Below are positions 40,180 through 50,153 of a stretch of 57,621 nt of DNA, in pieces (the stretch's first letter is position 1; every line of letters begins with the position of its first letter). The notes under the pieces were generated by a model that worked only from the letters and a program-made list of their open reading frames with translations, was not told where the DNA came from and made no database searches. The translations under genes and the position numbers were made by a program. The stretch lies in assembly GCA_013001755.1 (NCBI GenBank), contig JABDLY010000024.1, positions 1-57,621 on the forward strand. The letters are read 5' to 3'. This DNA is from Sphingomonadaceae bacterium. Its GTDB lineage: Bacteria > Pseudomonadota > Alphaproteobacteria > Sphingomonadales > Sphingomonadaceae.

Positions 40180-40242
40180 TTTTGGCGGTCCTTCCTTGTT
40201 CCACGCTCCCAGGAAGGCGGGAGCTGACAAAGGCGGGAAGGG
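40180..40242 (-). promoter_or_regulatory. Candidate SD-sequestering leader pseudoknot
   Basis: Stem GCUCCC/GGGAGC with loop GCCUUCCU complementary to AGGAAGG 10 nt before the start codon. Confidence 0.35.
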
Positions 40243-40289
40243 CTCAGAACGAACTGCGCATTCCTAACCTCCGCAGGAACGCATCACCC

Positions 40290-41696
40290 TCATCCGCCGA
40301 TCGTCGCCACCATCCAGGTGATCGCTACGATCATCGGTATGCCGCAAATATCGAGCAGGAAGCCGGACTTCAACATCCTTGGCAGCGCAATATGGTGCGT
40401 CGACCAGGCGATCGCGTTGGGACCGGTGCCCGAAGGCAGCATAAAGCCCCAGCTTGCCGCTAGCGCGGCGGGCATGGCGAGGTACATCGGATCGGCCCCG
40501 GTCGCGACGATCAACGCCGCGATAACCGGCATGATGCCGCTCGCGGTAGCAACGTTCGAGGCGAATTCGGTGACGAGCACGACGAGCGCGGTGACGGCGA
40601 GCGCGATGATGACGAGGTTGACCGTCTGCAGCGGCTGAAGCGCTTCGCCTAGCCAGGCCGCAAGCCCCGATGCGATGATTCCCGAGGCGAGCGCCAGTCC
40701 GCCGCCGAACAGCATGATGACGTCCCAGGGCGCGCGATTCGCTTCGCGCCAGTTAAGCAACGGCCGTCCCGATCCATCGGGCAGCACGAAGAGCAGCAGA
40801 CCGCCGATAATCGCCACCGTTCCGTCATGGATCGCGCCTTCGGGCAGCAAGCCTTTGACGAAGGGCAGCATTATCCAGGCTGCGACGACAAGCGCAATCA
40901 CCGGCACCAGCCGCTTTTCCGCCCCGCTCCATGTCCCCGGATCGCCAATCGCCGCCTGCGCGCCATCGACGTCGAACGCGTGGCGCGCGACTTTCTGGAC
41001 GCGGATCAGGATGAACAGGCACAGCGGAATGCCGGCAAGGACGACCGGCAGGCCGAAGCTCGCCCAGAGCAGGAAGCTGACCGGGATATCGAGCGTCCGC
41101 TCCATCAATCCCGCGGCAATCGCATTGGTCGGCGAACCGACGAGCGTGCCGAGTCCGCCGATCGACGCGGCAAAGGCAATGCCCATGACGAGCGCGCCGG
41201 CAAAACCCCCGGTCTCCCCCTCGGCGACATTGGCGGCCGCGAGCACGGCGACGGCGATCGGGATCATGATCAGCGTCGTCGAGGTGTTCGAGACGATCAT
41301 CGAAAGGATCGCGGTTGCGGTCATAAACGCCAGCAGCAGCCCCCAGGCCGTCTTCCCGGCGCGCGCTATGATCGCCAGCGCCAGCCGTTTGTGGAGCCCG
41401 GTGCGCTCGATGGCGAGCGCTATAAAGGCGCCGCCGAGAATCAGGAACAATATCGGCGAATAATAGGCGCCGGCGACCTCGTTGGTCGTCATCACGCCCA
41501 TGAAGGGCAACAGGATGAAAGGCAGCAGCGCCGTCGCGGTCAGCGGCAGCGCCTCGGTCATCCACCAGCTCGCCATCAGCGCGACCAGTGCCGCGGTGCG
41601 CCAGGCTTCGACCGGCATGCCTTCGGGTGCGGGCAGAACGAGGAGCAGCGCGAACAGCCCGAGCCCGCCCCAAAAGCCATAGGTTTTTGCCGACAT
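40290..41696 (-). CDS. DASS/SLC13 family anion:Na+ symporter
   Basis: WWMTEALP, SNTSTT, GTLVGSPTN, TEFASN.A, FMLPSGTGPNAI. Confidence 0.92.
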   Translation of the reverse strand: MSAKTYGFWGGLGLFALLLVLPAPEGMPVEAWRTAALVALMASWWMTEALPLTATALLPFILLPFMGVMTTNEVAGAYYSPILFLILGGAFIALAIERTGLHKRLALAIIARAGKTAWGLLLAFMTATAILSMIVSNTSTTLIMIPIAVAVLAAANVAEGETGGFAGALVMGIAFAASIGGLGTLVGSPTNAIAAGLMERTLDIPVSFLLWASFGLPVVLAGIPLCLFILIRVQKVARHAFDVDGAQAAIGDPGTWSGAEKRLVPVIALVVAAWIMLPFVKGLLPEGAIHDGTVAIIGGLLLFVLPDGSGRPLLNWREANRAPWDVIMLFGGGLALASGIIASGLAAWLGEALQPLQTVNLVIIALAVTALVVLVTEFASNVATASGIMPVIAALIVATGADPMYLAMPAALAASWGFMLPSGTGPNAIAWSTHHIALPRMLKSGFLLDICGIPMIVAITWMVATIGG

Positions 41697-41727
41697 CGCC
41701 CCTCCTAAACCCCGCCTAACACCAATC

Positions 41728-41807
41728 GTCATTCCCGCGAAGGCGGGAATCCAGAGCAGCTAGCGAAACCGCCTGTGGCTCTGGATTCCCGCCTTCGCGG
41801 GAATGAC
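41728..41807. repeat. REP-like palindrome family C
   Basis: GTCATTCCCGCGAAGGCGGGAATCCAGAGC and its perfect inverted copy. Confidence 0.85.
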
Positions 41808-41815
41808 AAAGTTGG

Positions 41816-42589
41816 TTAGTCAGCGCGCAGAGAAATCACCGACAGCTGCCGGCCGTAATCGGGTTCTTCGCGATGCGTCGCGCGGCGATAGCTGAAGAAG
41901 CGATCTTCATTGGCATAGGTGTCGAGCCCGATCAGTTCGACGGTCGGCACGCCGATGAAATCGAGCCAGGCCGCGACATAGGCTTCGAGATCGAAATAAT
42001 GATGGCCGGGCGCTCCCGCGCGGAAGAAGCGTTCATTTTCGGGCTCGATATCTTCGAAGCGCTTGCGAAACCCGTCATCTACCTCATAGGAGCCGCGACC
42101 GATGCACGGGCCGATCGCGGCGGCGATGCGCTCGCGCTGCGCGCCCAGTCCTTCCATCTGCTCGACGACCGAGCGCGCGACGCCGGTCATCGCGCCCTTC
42201 CATCCGGCATGCGCGGCGCCGATCACGCCGGCTTCGGTGTCGGCGAGCAGGATCGGCGCGCAATCTGCGGTGAGGATGCCGAGCGCAAGGCCGGGCTTGT
42301 CGGTAACCATTGCATCGGCCTTGGGCCGTTCGTCATCGGCAAAGCGCCGCGTCACGACCACCGCATCGGGCGAATGGACCTGATAAAGCGTTACAAGCTG
42401 CGCCTCGCCTGCCACGGCTTCGGTGGCGCGGCGGCGATTGGTGTCGACGTCCGAGCGGACATCGTCGGTGCCGATGCCGACATTGAGACTTTCATAGAGA
42501 CCGCTCGATGCGCCGCCTTTGCGCCCGAGAAATCCGTGGGGCACGGGATCGAGCGCCTTGGCGCGAATAATATCGATTTTTGCTGGCAT
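41816..42589 (-). CDS. pgeF: Peptidoglycan editing factor / purine nucleoside phosphorylase YfiH
   Basis: QVHS, TADCAP, AHAGWKG, IGPCI, FFSYRR. Confidence 0.93.
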   Translation of the reverse strand: MPAKIDIIRAKALDPVPHGFLGRKGGASSGLYESLNVGIGTDDVRSDVDTNRRRATEAVAGEAQLVTLYQVHSPDAVVVTRRFADDERPKADAMVTDKPGLALGILTADCAPILLADTEAGVIGAAHAGWKGAMTGVARSVVEQMEGLGAQRERIAAAIGPCIGRGSYEVDDGFRKRFEDIEPENERFFRAGAPGHHYFDLEAYVAAWLDFIGVPTVELIGLDTYANEDRFFSYRRATHREEPDYGRQLSVISLRAD

Positions 42590-42657
42590 GGAGTTCCTGA
42601 ACCATTTGGGCGGCCCGCCGCTTTAGCGGGCCGGGCGCAGGTTGCAACGCGCCGTGG

Positions 42658-43713
42658 TCAAAATGCGGCAGGATCGGGCCAATCGGTGGAAACCAGCGCC
42701 ATAACCTTGAAAATAGAACCCATTTCGGACCGATCGGTCAGCCGTTTGCGCGCGGCGACTAGCTCGTCGCGCCGTTCGGGCGCGGCCTTGGTCAGTGCCA
42801 TGGTGCGTGCGCCGATGCCGAGCGCTTCGAGCCATTCGCCTTGGGCGACCGGGCGATAGACGCGCAGGCCCGCCGCGCGCCCGATCCGCGCCAGCACCGA
42901 GAAATCGACATGGGCGGTAAGGTCGCATTCGCCGGGATCGGCGAAGACATCGGCGAAACCATGATCAGCGATCGCCTGAAGCGTGTCGCCGACCGCCGGA
43001 CCTTGATAGCCATAGTCGATGACCAGCGCCGCGCCGCCCTGGGCTGAGATACGCCCGGCCAGGGCGAGCGCCGCGCTTTCGACCGCCGGCGAGGTTTCGA
43101 CAATGCTGCCGATCGGCGCATCGGCGAGCGGTTCGGGGATGAGTTCGTCGAACGGCCCACCCGATACCAGCGGCACGAAGCTACCCTCCTTGCGTCCGAT
43201 CATCAGCTCGAACCAGCCCTTTTCAGTGCGCTGGATCTGGCGGATAGGCAGCGCATCGAAAAATTCATTGGCGACGACAAGGAGCGGCCCGGTCTCGGGC
43301 AGGCTGTCGATATCGTCATGCCAGCGCGCCGTCGGCAACCTGCCCGCCTGGCTCTTGCGCAAAGTGCCACTCGTTTCGACAAGGTGGATCGGCGGTTCGA
43401 ACCGCGCCGCGCGCATTGCCCGTAGCGCGTCTTCGGCCAGCGTCCCGCGCCCCGGTCCAAGCTCGACATAATGAGCGGTCGAAGGCTTGCCGGCGCGCGA
43501 CCAGAGATCGGCGAGCCACAGCCCGACCAGTTCGCCGAACATTTGGCTGATTTCGGGCGCGGTAATGAAATCGCCCTCGGCGCCGAGCGGATCGCGCGTT
43601 GCATAGTAATGCGCATTGGCCTCGGCCATGAATTGCGCAAGCGGGATCGGTCCGGCGGTTTCGATCAGGCGGGTCAGGCGATCGGCAAGCGCGTTGGGCT
43701 CAGGCGGCGGCAT
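42658..43713 (-). CDS. Class I SAM-dependent methyltransferase (MidA/NDUFAF7)
   Basis: [38 protein letters not shown]. Confidence 0.92.
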   Translation of the reverse strand: MPPPEPNALADRLTRLIETAGPIPLAQFMAEANAHYYATRDPLGAEGDFITAPEISQMFGELVGLWLADLWSRAGKPSTAHYVELGPGRGTLAEDALRAMRAARFEPPIHLVETSGTLRKSQAGRLPTARWHDDIDSLPETGPLLVVANEFFDALPIRQIQRTEKGWFELMIGRKEGSFVPLVSGGPFDELIPEPLADAPIGSIVETSPAVESAALALAGRISAQGGAALVIDYGYQGPAVGDTLQAIADHGFADVFADPGECDLTAHVDFSVLARIGRAAGLRVYRPVAQGEWLEALGIGARTMALTKAAPERRDELVAARKRLTDRSEMGSIFKVMALVSTDWPDPAAF

Positions 43714-44584
43714 CTGTCGTTTTATCGCTCGAACCGCCTCGCACATCGCGACCTTTCGAGGTTGCGATCAGATAAATCCCGCCGAGCAGCATCGGCACGG
43801 TAAGTAACTGCCCCATCGACATATCGAACCAGAGCAAGCCGAGATGATCGTCGGGCTGGCGGAAGAATTCGACGATGAAGCGCGATGCGCCATAGCCGGC
43901 GAGGAAGAATCCGACGAGCTTGCCCGGATAATAGCGCGCACCGGTTTTCCAGAACAGGAACCAGAGCAGCAGGAACAGCGCGATCCCCTCAAGCCCGGCC
44001 TCGTAAAGCTGGCTCGGATGGCGCGGCTGGCCATCGGCGAGCGGGAAAGTCATCGCCCAGGGCACTTCGCCGGGCCGCCCCCAAAGCTCGCCGTTCACGA
44101 AATTGGCGATCCGCCCGAAAAACAGGCCAAAGGGTATCGTGCAGGCGACATAGTCATGAATGCGCAGCCAGCTCAGCTTATGCCGCCAGGCCATGAAGAA
44201 AATCGCGAGGCTGACGCCGATCACGCCGCCGTGGAACGACATGCCGCCATCCCAGACGCGGATGATATCGCCCGGACTGGCGAAATATTCGGCCGGTTTG
44301 TAGAACAGCACATAACCCAGCCGCCCGCCGAGCAGTATGCCGAGCGTCGCGTAAAACACCAGATCGTCGGCATGGCGCCGCGCCATCGGTGAGCCGGGCT
44401 GGGCGATCAGCTTGAGCAGATACCACCAGCCGAGGATGATCCCGGCGATATAGGCGAGGCTGTACCAGCGCAGCTGGAAGAAGCCGAGATCGAGGGCGAT
44501 CGGCGAAAGGCCGAACTGCTCCCAACGCAGATAGTCGCCCGTTGCGGCAACCGATGCAATAAGAAAATCCAACACTTCCCCCAT
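43700..44584 (-). CDS. lgt: Prolipoprotein diacylglyceryl transferase
   Basis: [36 protein letters not shown]. Confidence 0.97.
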   Translation of the reverse strand: MGEVLDFLIASVAATGDYLRWEQFGLSPIALDLGFFQLRWYSLAYIAGIILGWWYLLKLIAQPGSPMARRHADDLVFYATLGILLGGRLGYVLFYKPAEYFASPGDIIRVWDGGMSFHGGVIGVSLAIFFMAWRHKLSWLRIHDYVACTIPFGLFFGRIANFVNGELWGRPGEVPWAMTFPLADGQPRHPSQLYEAGLEGIALFLLLWFLFWKTGARYYPGKLVGFFLAGYGASRFIVEFFRQPDDHLGLLWFDMSMGQLLTVPMLLGGIYLIATSKGRDVRGGSSDKTTDAAA

Positions 44585-44657
44585 GGGCTTTTGGCCTCCA
44601 TAATGGCGGGGAGCCGAAACGGAAAGCCGCGCTTTATGCGCGCAGAGGAGAGTGACG

Positions 44658-45233
44658 ATGGCGACGCAAGCAGCCGAAGCCCCGGCAAAGTCTTTTACGC
44701 GGATGCAGGACGGCCAGCCCGAGCATTGGGCGGTGATCGGCGCCGAGCATCAGGCGCATTACAAAACCGATGCGCCGAAACGCATTATTCAGCATCTCCG
44801 GGATCTCGACGAGCTGACGCTGGGCTTTGGCTGTTCGCAGCTTCAGCACAGCCTGATGACCGCCACGCTCGCACGCCGCGACGGCGCCAGCGACGAGGAA
44901 GTCGTTGCCGCCTTGTGCCACGATATCGGCAAGACGATGTCGGTGCCCAATCACGGGGCGATCGCGGCTGAAATCCTCAAACCCTATGTTTCCGACGATC
45001 TCTACCACGTGATCAAATATCATCAGGATTTCCAGGGCGCCTATTATTACAATTATATGGGCCGCTCGACGACGATGCGCGAAGATCACAAAGACGAAAG
45101 CTGGTACGGCCTAGCTTGCAAGCTCGTCGACGAATGGGACGCGCCGGCCTTCGATCCTGACTTTGAAGTGGACAGCCTCGAAAGCTTCGAACCCGAAATC
45201 ATGAGCGTCTTTTCGCAACCGAAAATGATGTGA
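44658..45233 (+). CDS. HD domain phosphohydrolase/oxygenase-like protein
   Basis: LQHSL...ALCHDIGK...NHG...YH...DEWD; GAGGAG SD. Confidence 0.8.
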   Translation: MATQAAEAPAKSFTRMQDGQPEHWAVIGAEHQAHYKTDAPKRIIQHLRDLDELTLGFGCSQLQHSLMTATLARRDGASDEEVVAALCHDIGKTMSVPNHGAIAAEILKPYVSDDLYHVIKYHQDFQGAYYYNYMGRSTTMREDHKDESWYGLACKLVDEWDAPAFDPDFEVDSLESFEPEIMSVFSQPKMM

Positions 45234-45248
45234 CGCAAATTTATTTGC

Positions 45249-45336
45249 GTCATCCCGGACTTGATCCGGGATCTCGTGCAGTCGGGCAGAACCGTCCGAA
45301 CAAGCTGCGGGAGATTCCGGCTTCCGCCGGAATGAC
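45249..45336. repeat. REP-like palindrome related to family C
   Basis: GTCATCCCGGACTTGATCCGGGATCTC ... GAGATTCCGGCTTCCGCCGGAATGAC. Confidence 0.75.
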
Positions 45337-45369
45337 GGCCCAAGGGATGCAATCTAGGCAATAGAAGCG

Positions 45370-45570
45370 ATGAAACAGGCTCGATTCTTCCCCGCAATAG
45401 TCTCCTCGTCGCTGATGCTGGTCGCCGCCTGCGCGACCACCGAGGAGCAGCTCAACACCGGTTATGTGACCAATTTCGCCGAATGCGCCGCGGATGGCGG
45501 CAACCCGATCCTCGAGGGCAATCCGCGCCGCTGCCTTCATAACAACCAATATTTCGTCGACGGGCGCTGA
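45370..45570 (+). CDS. Small lipoprotein (66 aa)
   Basis: VAAC lipobox; VTNFAECAADGGNPILEGNPRRC two-Cys module. Confidence 0.65.
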   Translation: MKQARFFPAIVSSSLMLVAACATTEEQLNTGYVTNFAECAADGGNPILEGNPRRCLHNNQYFVDGR

Positions 45571-45628
45571 TATAGCCAGCGAAGCACCATTAGGCGCGGA
45601 GATCGACCCGCCGATCGCCGCCGCGCCG

Positions 45629-47068
45629 ATGGCGCATCATGGCGAGGGCGGGGCATTGGGCAAAACGGGCTTCGCCTGGGCGATCTTCGAATGGGCGCGC
45701 AACCCCTATTATATCCTCATCGTCATCTACATCTTCGCGCCCTATTTCGCGCGCGATATCGTCGGCGCCGATGTGCTGGCGAGCGGCGAATTGGCCGGGA
45801 TGGATACGGCGACGGCGACGCAGACCGCCAATGCGCGCGGTCAGGCGGCGATCGCCTCTGTCACCAAATGGGCGGGTCTCGTTGCCGCGCTGACCGCTCC
45901 CTTTCTCGGCGCGGCGCTCGATCGCGGTGGGCGGCGCAAACCGCTGCTCGCTGTCATGCTCGGTACTATTGCGCTCGCTTCGTGGATGCTCTGGTATGCG
46001 ATCCCCGGCGAAGAGGGTCTGCCGACAAGCGTCGTGATGATCATCCTGATTATCGCCTATGTAAATTACACCTATTCGGAAGTGACGCATAATTCGATGC
46101 TGCCCGCCGCCGGGCGGCCCGGCGCGCTGTCGATGATCTCGGGGCTTGGCCTCGGGCTCGGCAATCTTGCCGCGACGATCATGTTTGTCGCGCTGGTCGG
46201 GCTGTTCGCGCTGCCCGCGTCGATCGGCTGGCCGTTCGCCGAACCGCAATTCGGCTTCGATCTCACCCGCTATGAGCATATGCGGATCGCCGGGCCGCTT
46301 TGCGCGATCTGGCTCTTACTCTTCTCTATCCCCTTCTTTCTTTATGCGAAGGACCCCGGCGTTCGCGGCGCGAGCTGGGCGGCGGCGGCAAAGTCAGGCG
46401 CGGCCAGCGTCATCCGCACGGTGCGCGAGGCGGCGCATTATGTCGAGCTGCTCAAATTCCTCATCGCGCGGATGTTTTACGCCGATGCGATGGCGGCTCT
46501 GCTCGCGCTCGGCGCGGTTTACGTTTCGCTGTTCCTCGAATGGGGTTTTCTCGAAATGACCGGCTATGCGATTTTCGCTTCGGCCTGGGCGTTCTTCGGC
46601 GGGCTGGTCGGCGGCTGGCTCGACAATAAGGTCGGCGTGAAACCGGCGCTGATCCTCGAAATTATCGGCATGGTCGCTGTCCTCGCGGCGCAGCTTTCGA
46701 TCACCAACGAAACGCTCTTCTACGGCCTGATCGACAATTACCAGGTCTGGGAAGGCATCGTCTTCCAGGACCTTGCCGACCTCGTCTATCTCGCTCTGGC
46801 TGCGGTATTGGCAGTCACTGCGACCGCCAGCATATCGTCGAGCCGCACGATGCTCGTGACGCTAGCGCCGCCGGGACGCGCCGGCGAGTTTTTCGGGCTC
46901 TACGCAATCGCCGGCACCGTCACTGTCTGGCTCGGCCCGCTGCTCGTCGAGACCTTCACCAACGCCTTTAACGACCAGCGCATCGGCATGGCGTCGATCG
47001 CGATCCTCTTTGCGATCGGGCTGGCGGTGCTGGCGTTTGTGCGGGTTGAGAGCGATCCGGGCCGCTAA
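45629..47068 (+). CDS. MFS transporter, UMF1/Atg22-like (start uncertain)
   Basis: WAIFEWA...IFAPYF, HNSMLP, GEFFGLYA..G; about 12 TM helices. Confidence 0.85.
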   Translation: MAHHGEGGALGKTGFAWAIFEWARNPYYILIVIYIFAPYFARDIVGADVLASGELAGMDTATATQTANARGQAAIASVTKWAGLVAALTAPFLGAALDRGGRRKPLLAVMLGTIALASWMLWYAIPGEEGLPTSVVMIILIIAYVNYTYSEVTHNSMLPAAGRPGALSMISGLGLGLGNLAATIMFVALVGLFALPASIGWPFAEPQFGFDLTRYEHMRIAGPLCAIWLLLFSIPFFLYAKDPGVRGASWAAAAKSGAASVIRTVREAAHYVELLKFLIARMFYADAMAALLALGAVYVSLFLEWGFLEMTGYAIFASAWAFFGGLVGGWLDNKVGVKPALILEIIGMVAVLAAQLSITNETLFYGLIDNYQVWEGIVFQDLADLVYLALAAVLAVTATASISSSRTMLVTLAPPGRAGEFFGLYAIAGTVTVWLGPLLVETFTNAFNDQRIGMASIAILFAIGLAVLAFVRVESDPGR

Positions 47069-47076
47069 TCTCGTTC

Positions 47077-47165
47077 GTCATTGCGAGCGCAGCGAAGCAA
47101 TCCAGAGCCGCAAGCGCTTTCCCTGCGGCTCTGGATTGCTTCGTCGCTGCGCTCCTCGCAATGAC
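47077..47165. repeat. REP-like palindrome family A, copy 2
   Basis: Arms nearly identical to 32044-32133; between convergent genes. Confidence 0.85.
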
Positions 47166-47192
47166 GGTCTGTCTCCGACACAAGATCGGATA

Positions 47193-47804
47193 TCACTGCA
47201 TCGTGATCGCCGTCTGGAAGGCCGGACGGGCTTCGATGCGACCGATATAGGCTTTGAGGTTCGCCATCTCGTCGGGCACGCAACCGAGGCGGTTGCTCAT
47301 GAACGCGGCGTGGCCGAGCATGATATCGGCGGCGGAGAAATCGCCGATCAGATAATCCTTGTCCGCGAGATCCTCGTCGACCGGTGCCCAGGCGCGGGTC
47401 AGCAATTTCTTCGCCTGCGCCAGCACCGTTTCGTCGCGGCGTTCGGGCGGCAGCAGCATTGTATGGACGACGATCGTATTGACCGGCGGCATCACCATGC
47501 CCTCGCAATAGTGGAACCATTGAAGATATTTGGGGAAGGTATCGGCATCGGCCGCGGGTTTGAGACCGCCCTTCTTGTGTCGCTCAAGCACATATTCGAC
47601 GATCGCGCCCGATTCCCAGATCGTCACGTCGCCATCTTCGAGCACCGGGATCCGCCCGAGCGGATGACGCGCGCGATGCTCGTCGGATTTCAGGTCCTTG
47701 GGATGGAAGGCCATCTTGTTGATCTCATAGGGCAGCTCCAGTTCCTCGAGCAGCCAGACGATCCGGCCGGCGCGCGAATTGGGCGCGAAATGGAGTTTGA
47801 GCAT
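47193..47804 (-). CDS. Glutathione S-transferase
   Basis: SRAGRIVWLLEEL, HPLGRIPVL, ESGAI, FSAADI. Confidence 0.92.
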   Translation of the reverse strand: MLKLHFAPNSRAGRIVWLLEELELPYEINKMAFHPKDLKSDEHRARHPLGRIPVLEDGDVTIWESGAIVEYVLERHKKGGLKPAADADTFPKYLQWFHYCEGMVMPPVNTIVVHTMLLPPERRDETVLAQAKKLLTRAWAPVDEDLADKDYLIGDFSAADIMLGHAAFMSNRLGCVPDEMANLKAYIGRIEARPAFQTAITMQ

Positions 47805-47915
47805 GGCGATATCCTCTGTTGCCGTCTCTCCATGTTGGCGTCTCGCCCCGCTGTGCACAACCTCCACCGGCCATATGGCTAGCCCTGCAACTCCCTCCCG
47901 ACTAAATAGCCGAAC

Positions 47916-50153
47916 ATGGTCCGATCGTCCCGCTCCGGCATTACGCGCCGACGCCTGCTGATCGCGGGCGGCGCGGGCGCTGGCCTCGCGCTGGCCTGGG
48001 GGCTCTGGCCGCGCAACTATTCGCACAACCTCGCCGCCGCCGAGGGCGAAAGCATCTTCAACGCTTTCCTCAAGATCGGCGAAGACGGCCATGTCGCCGT
48101 TGTCGTGCCGCAATGCGAGATGGGACAGGGCGTGTGGACCAGCCTGCCGCAGGCGCTTGCCGACGAACTCGGAGCGGACTGGCGGCAGGTCGGCGTCGAG
48201 CCGTCGCCGATCAACCCGCTTTACGCCAATGATTTCCTAGTTGCCGAAGGCGCCGGCGTCACGCTCCCAACCGGAATGACGAGTTTCGGCAATTGGGCGT
48301 CGCATGAATATGCCGTGCGTAACGCGCTGATGATGACCGCGGGATCGACCTCGATCCGCGGCTTCGAACAGCGGTTCCGCGAAGCCGGTGCGGCGGCGCG
48401 AACCTTGCTGTGCATGGCGGCGGCCGATCGCTGGACCGTCGGCTGGGAGGATTGCGAAACCGCCGAAGGCTTCGTGATCCATGGCGACAAGCGGCTGCGC
48501 TTCGGCGAGATTGCTTCGGAAGCCGCGACCTATACTCTGCCCGGTGAAGTCGCGCTGCTCGATCCCGCCAACCGACCGATTACCGGGCAACCGATGCCGC
48601 GACTCGACCTTCCGTCGAAGGTCGATGGTTCGGCGCGCTATGCCGGCGATGTGCGGCTGCCCGATATGATGTTCGCATCGGCGCGCCAGGCGCCGTCGGC
48701 AAGGCACCGCCTCAAAGCGGTCAATCGCGAGGCGGCCGATAATGTTTTCGGTGTCGTCGCGGTGTTCGAAAACCCGCGTTTCGTCGCCTGTGTCGCGACC
48801 AATTGGTGGGCGGCCAACCGCGCGGTCAACGCGCTCGCGCCCGAATGGGAGAGCGATGAAACGCCCGCCAGCGATGCCGGCATCGGCGAAGCCCTGGCGG
48901 CAGCGCTCGATGGCGAGGGTGAGCGTTTCGTCAATGAGGGCGATCTCGCTGCGGCCTTTGCGTCGGGCGGGGCGTTGCGTTCGACCTACAGCGTCGCCGC
49001 CGCACCGCATGCCGCACTCGAACCGCTGACCGCGACCGCGCGGGCGCAGGGCGACCGGATCGAAGTCTGGGCGCCAAGCCAGGCACCGGGCCTTATGCGC
49101 GCCGCAATTGCCAAGGCGATCGGCCATAATGAGGGGCAGGTGACGCTCTATCCGATGCTGGCGGGCGGCAGCTTCGGCCGCAAGCTCGAACATGACGCCG
49201 CCGTGCAGACGGCGATCATCGCGCGGCGGATGAACCGGCCGATCCAGCTGACCTGGTCACGCGAGGAAGATATTCGCAGCGATTATCCGCGTCCCGCCGT
49301 TCGTGCGCGAATGACGGGCAAGGCGGACGGACGGGGCCGCATCAACGTGCTCCATAGCCGGATCGCCGCGCCCTCGGCGACCAATCAGATGACGCGGCGG
49401 ATCATGCCCGAAAGTTGGTCGGGCGATGGCGGCGACGCGTCGGAAGCCGCCGTCGCCGGTGCGCGGCCTGCCTATGCCATTCCCAATCTCGCCGTCGAAC
49501 ATATGCCCGCCGATATCGGCGTCGACTGCGGCAATTGGCGCTCGGTCGCGCATAGTTACACTGCCTTTTTCACCGAATGTTTTGCCGACGAGCTTGCAAG
49601 CCGCGCGAACATCGAACCGCTCTCCTTCCGCATCGGCATGCTCGGCCATCAACCCCGGCTCGCGCGGTGCCTGACCAATGCCGCGATGCTCGGCGGCTGG
49701 GATGGCGGCGAACAGGGCGGCGGCATGGGGCTGGCCGTGCACAGCGCCTTCGGCAGCCATATCGCATTGCTAGTGCGACTCCACATTGGCGACGATCAGC
49801 GCCCGGTAATCGATGCCGTCTCCGCAGCGGTCGATTGCGGCCGGATCGTCAATCCCGAAATCGTCCGCCAGCAGATCGAGGGCGGCATCGTGTTTGGAAT
49901 GGCGGCGGCGCTTGGCGCGGCGATAACCTACGAAGCCGGCGTGCCGGTCGAGACCAATTTTGACGGCTTGGCTTTGCCCCGCCTCGCCGATGTACCCGAA
50001 ATGGAGATCGAACTTATCGAAAGCAGCGAGGAACCGGGCGGCGTTAGCGAGCTCGCGGTTCCCGTTGCTGCACCGGCTATCGGCAACGCAATCTTCGCGG
50101 CGACCGGGCAGCGGCTGCGCAAGCTTCCTTTCATTGTCGGCGGAGTCGCCTGA
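47916..50153 (+). CDS. Xanthine dehydrogenase family molybdopterin-binding subunit (IorB-like), Tat signal
   Basis: ITRRRLL; EMGQG, TAGSTS, GGSFGRK, WRSV, VNP...QIEGG, GGVSE. Confidence 0.9.
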   Translation: MVRSSRSGITRRRLLIAGGAGAGLALAWGLWPRNYSHNLAAAEGESIFNAFLKIGEDGHVAVVVPQCEMGQGVWTSLPQALADELGADWRQVGVEPSPINPLYANDFLVAEGAGVTLPTGMTSFGNWASHEYAVRNALMMTAGSTSIRGFEQRFREAGAAARTLLCMAAADRWTVGWEDCETAEGFVIHGDKRLRFGEIASEAATYTLPGEVALLDPANRPITGQPMPRLDLPSKVDGSARYAGDVRLPDMMFASARQAPSARHRLKAVNREAADNVFGVVAVFENPRFVACVATNWWAANRAVNALAPEWESDETPASDAGIGEALAAALDGEGERFVNEGDLAAAFASGGALRSTYSVAAAPHAALEPLTATARAQGDRIEVWAPSQAPGLMRAAIAKAIGHNEGQVTLYPMLAGGSFGRKLEHDAAVQTAIIARRMNRPIQLTWSREEDIRSDYPRPAVRARMTGKADGRGRINVLHSRIAAPSATNQMTRRIMPESWSGDGGDASEAAVAGARPAYAIPNLAVEHMPADIGVDCGNWRSVAHSYTAFFTECFADELASRANIEPLSFRIGMLGHQPRLARCLTNAAMLGGWDGGEQGGGMGLAVHSAFGSHIALLVRLHIGDDQRPVIDAVSAAVDCGRIVNPEIVRQQIEGGIVFGMAAALGAAITYEAGVPVETNFDGLALPRLADVPEMEIELIESSEEPGGVSELAVPVAAPAIGNAIFAATGQRLRKLPFIVGGVA

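Noticed and set aside
45572-45574. ATA as a fifth near-cognate start for the MFS gene
   Set aside because: An in-frame ATG at 45629 explains the gene and there is no SD support; not counted
32044-47165. CRISPR array
   Set aside because: Repeats are dispersed palindromes, not regularly spaced direct repeats; no cas genes
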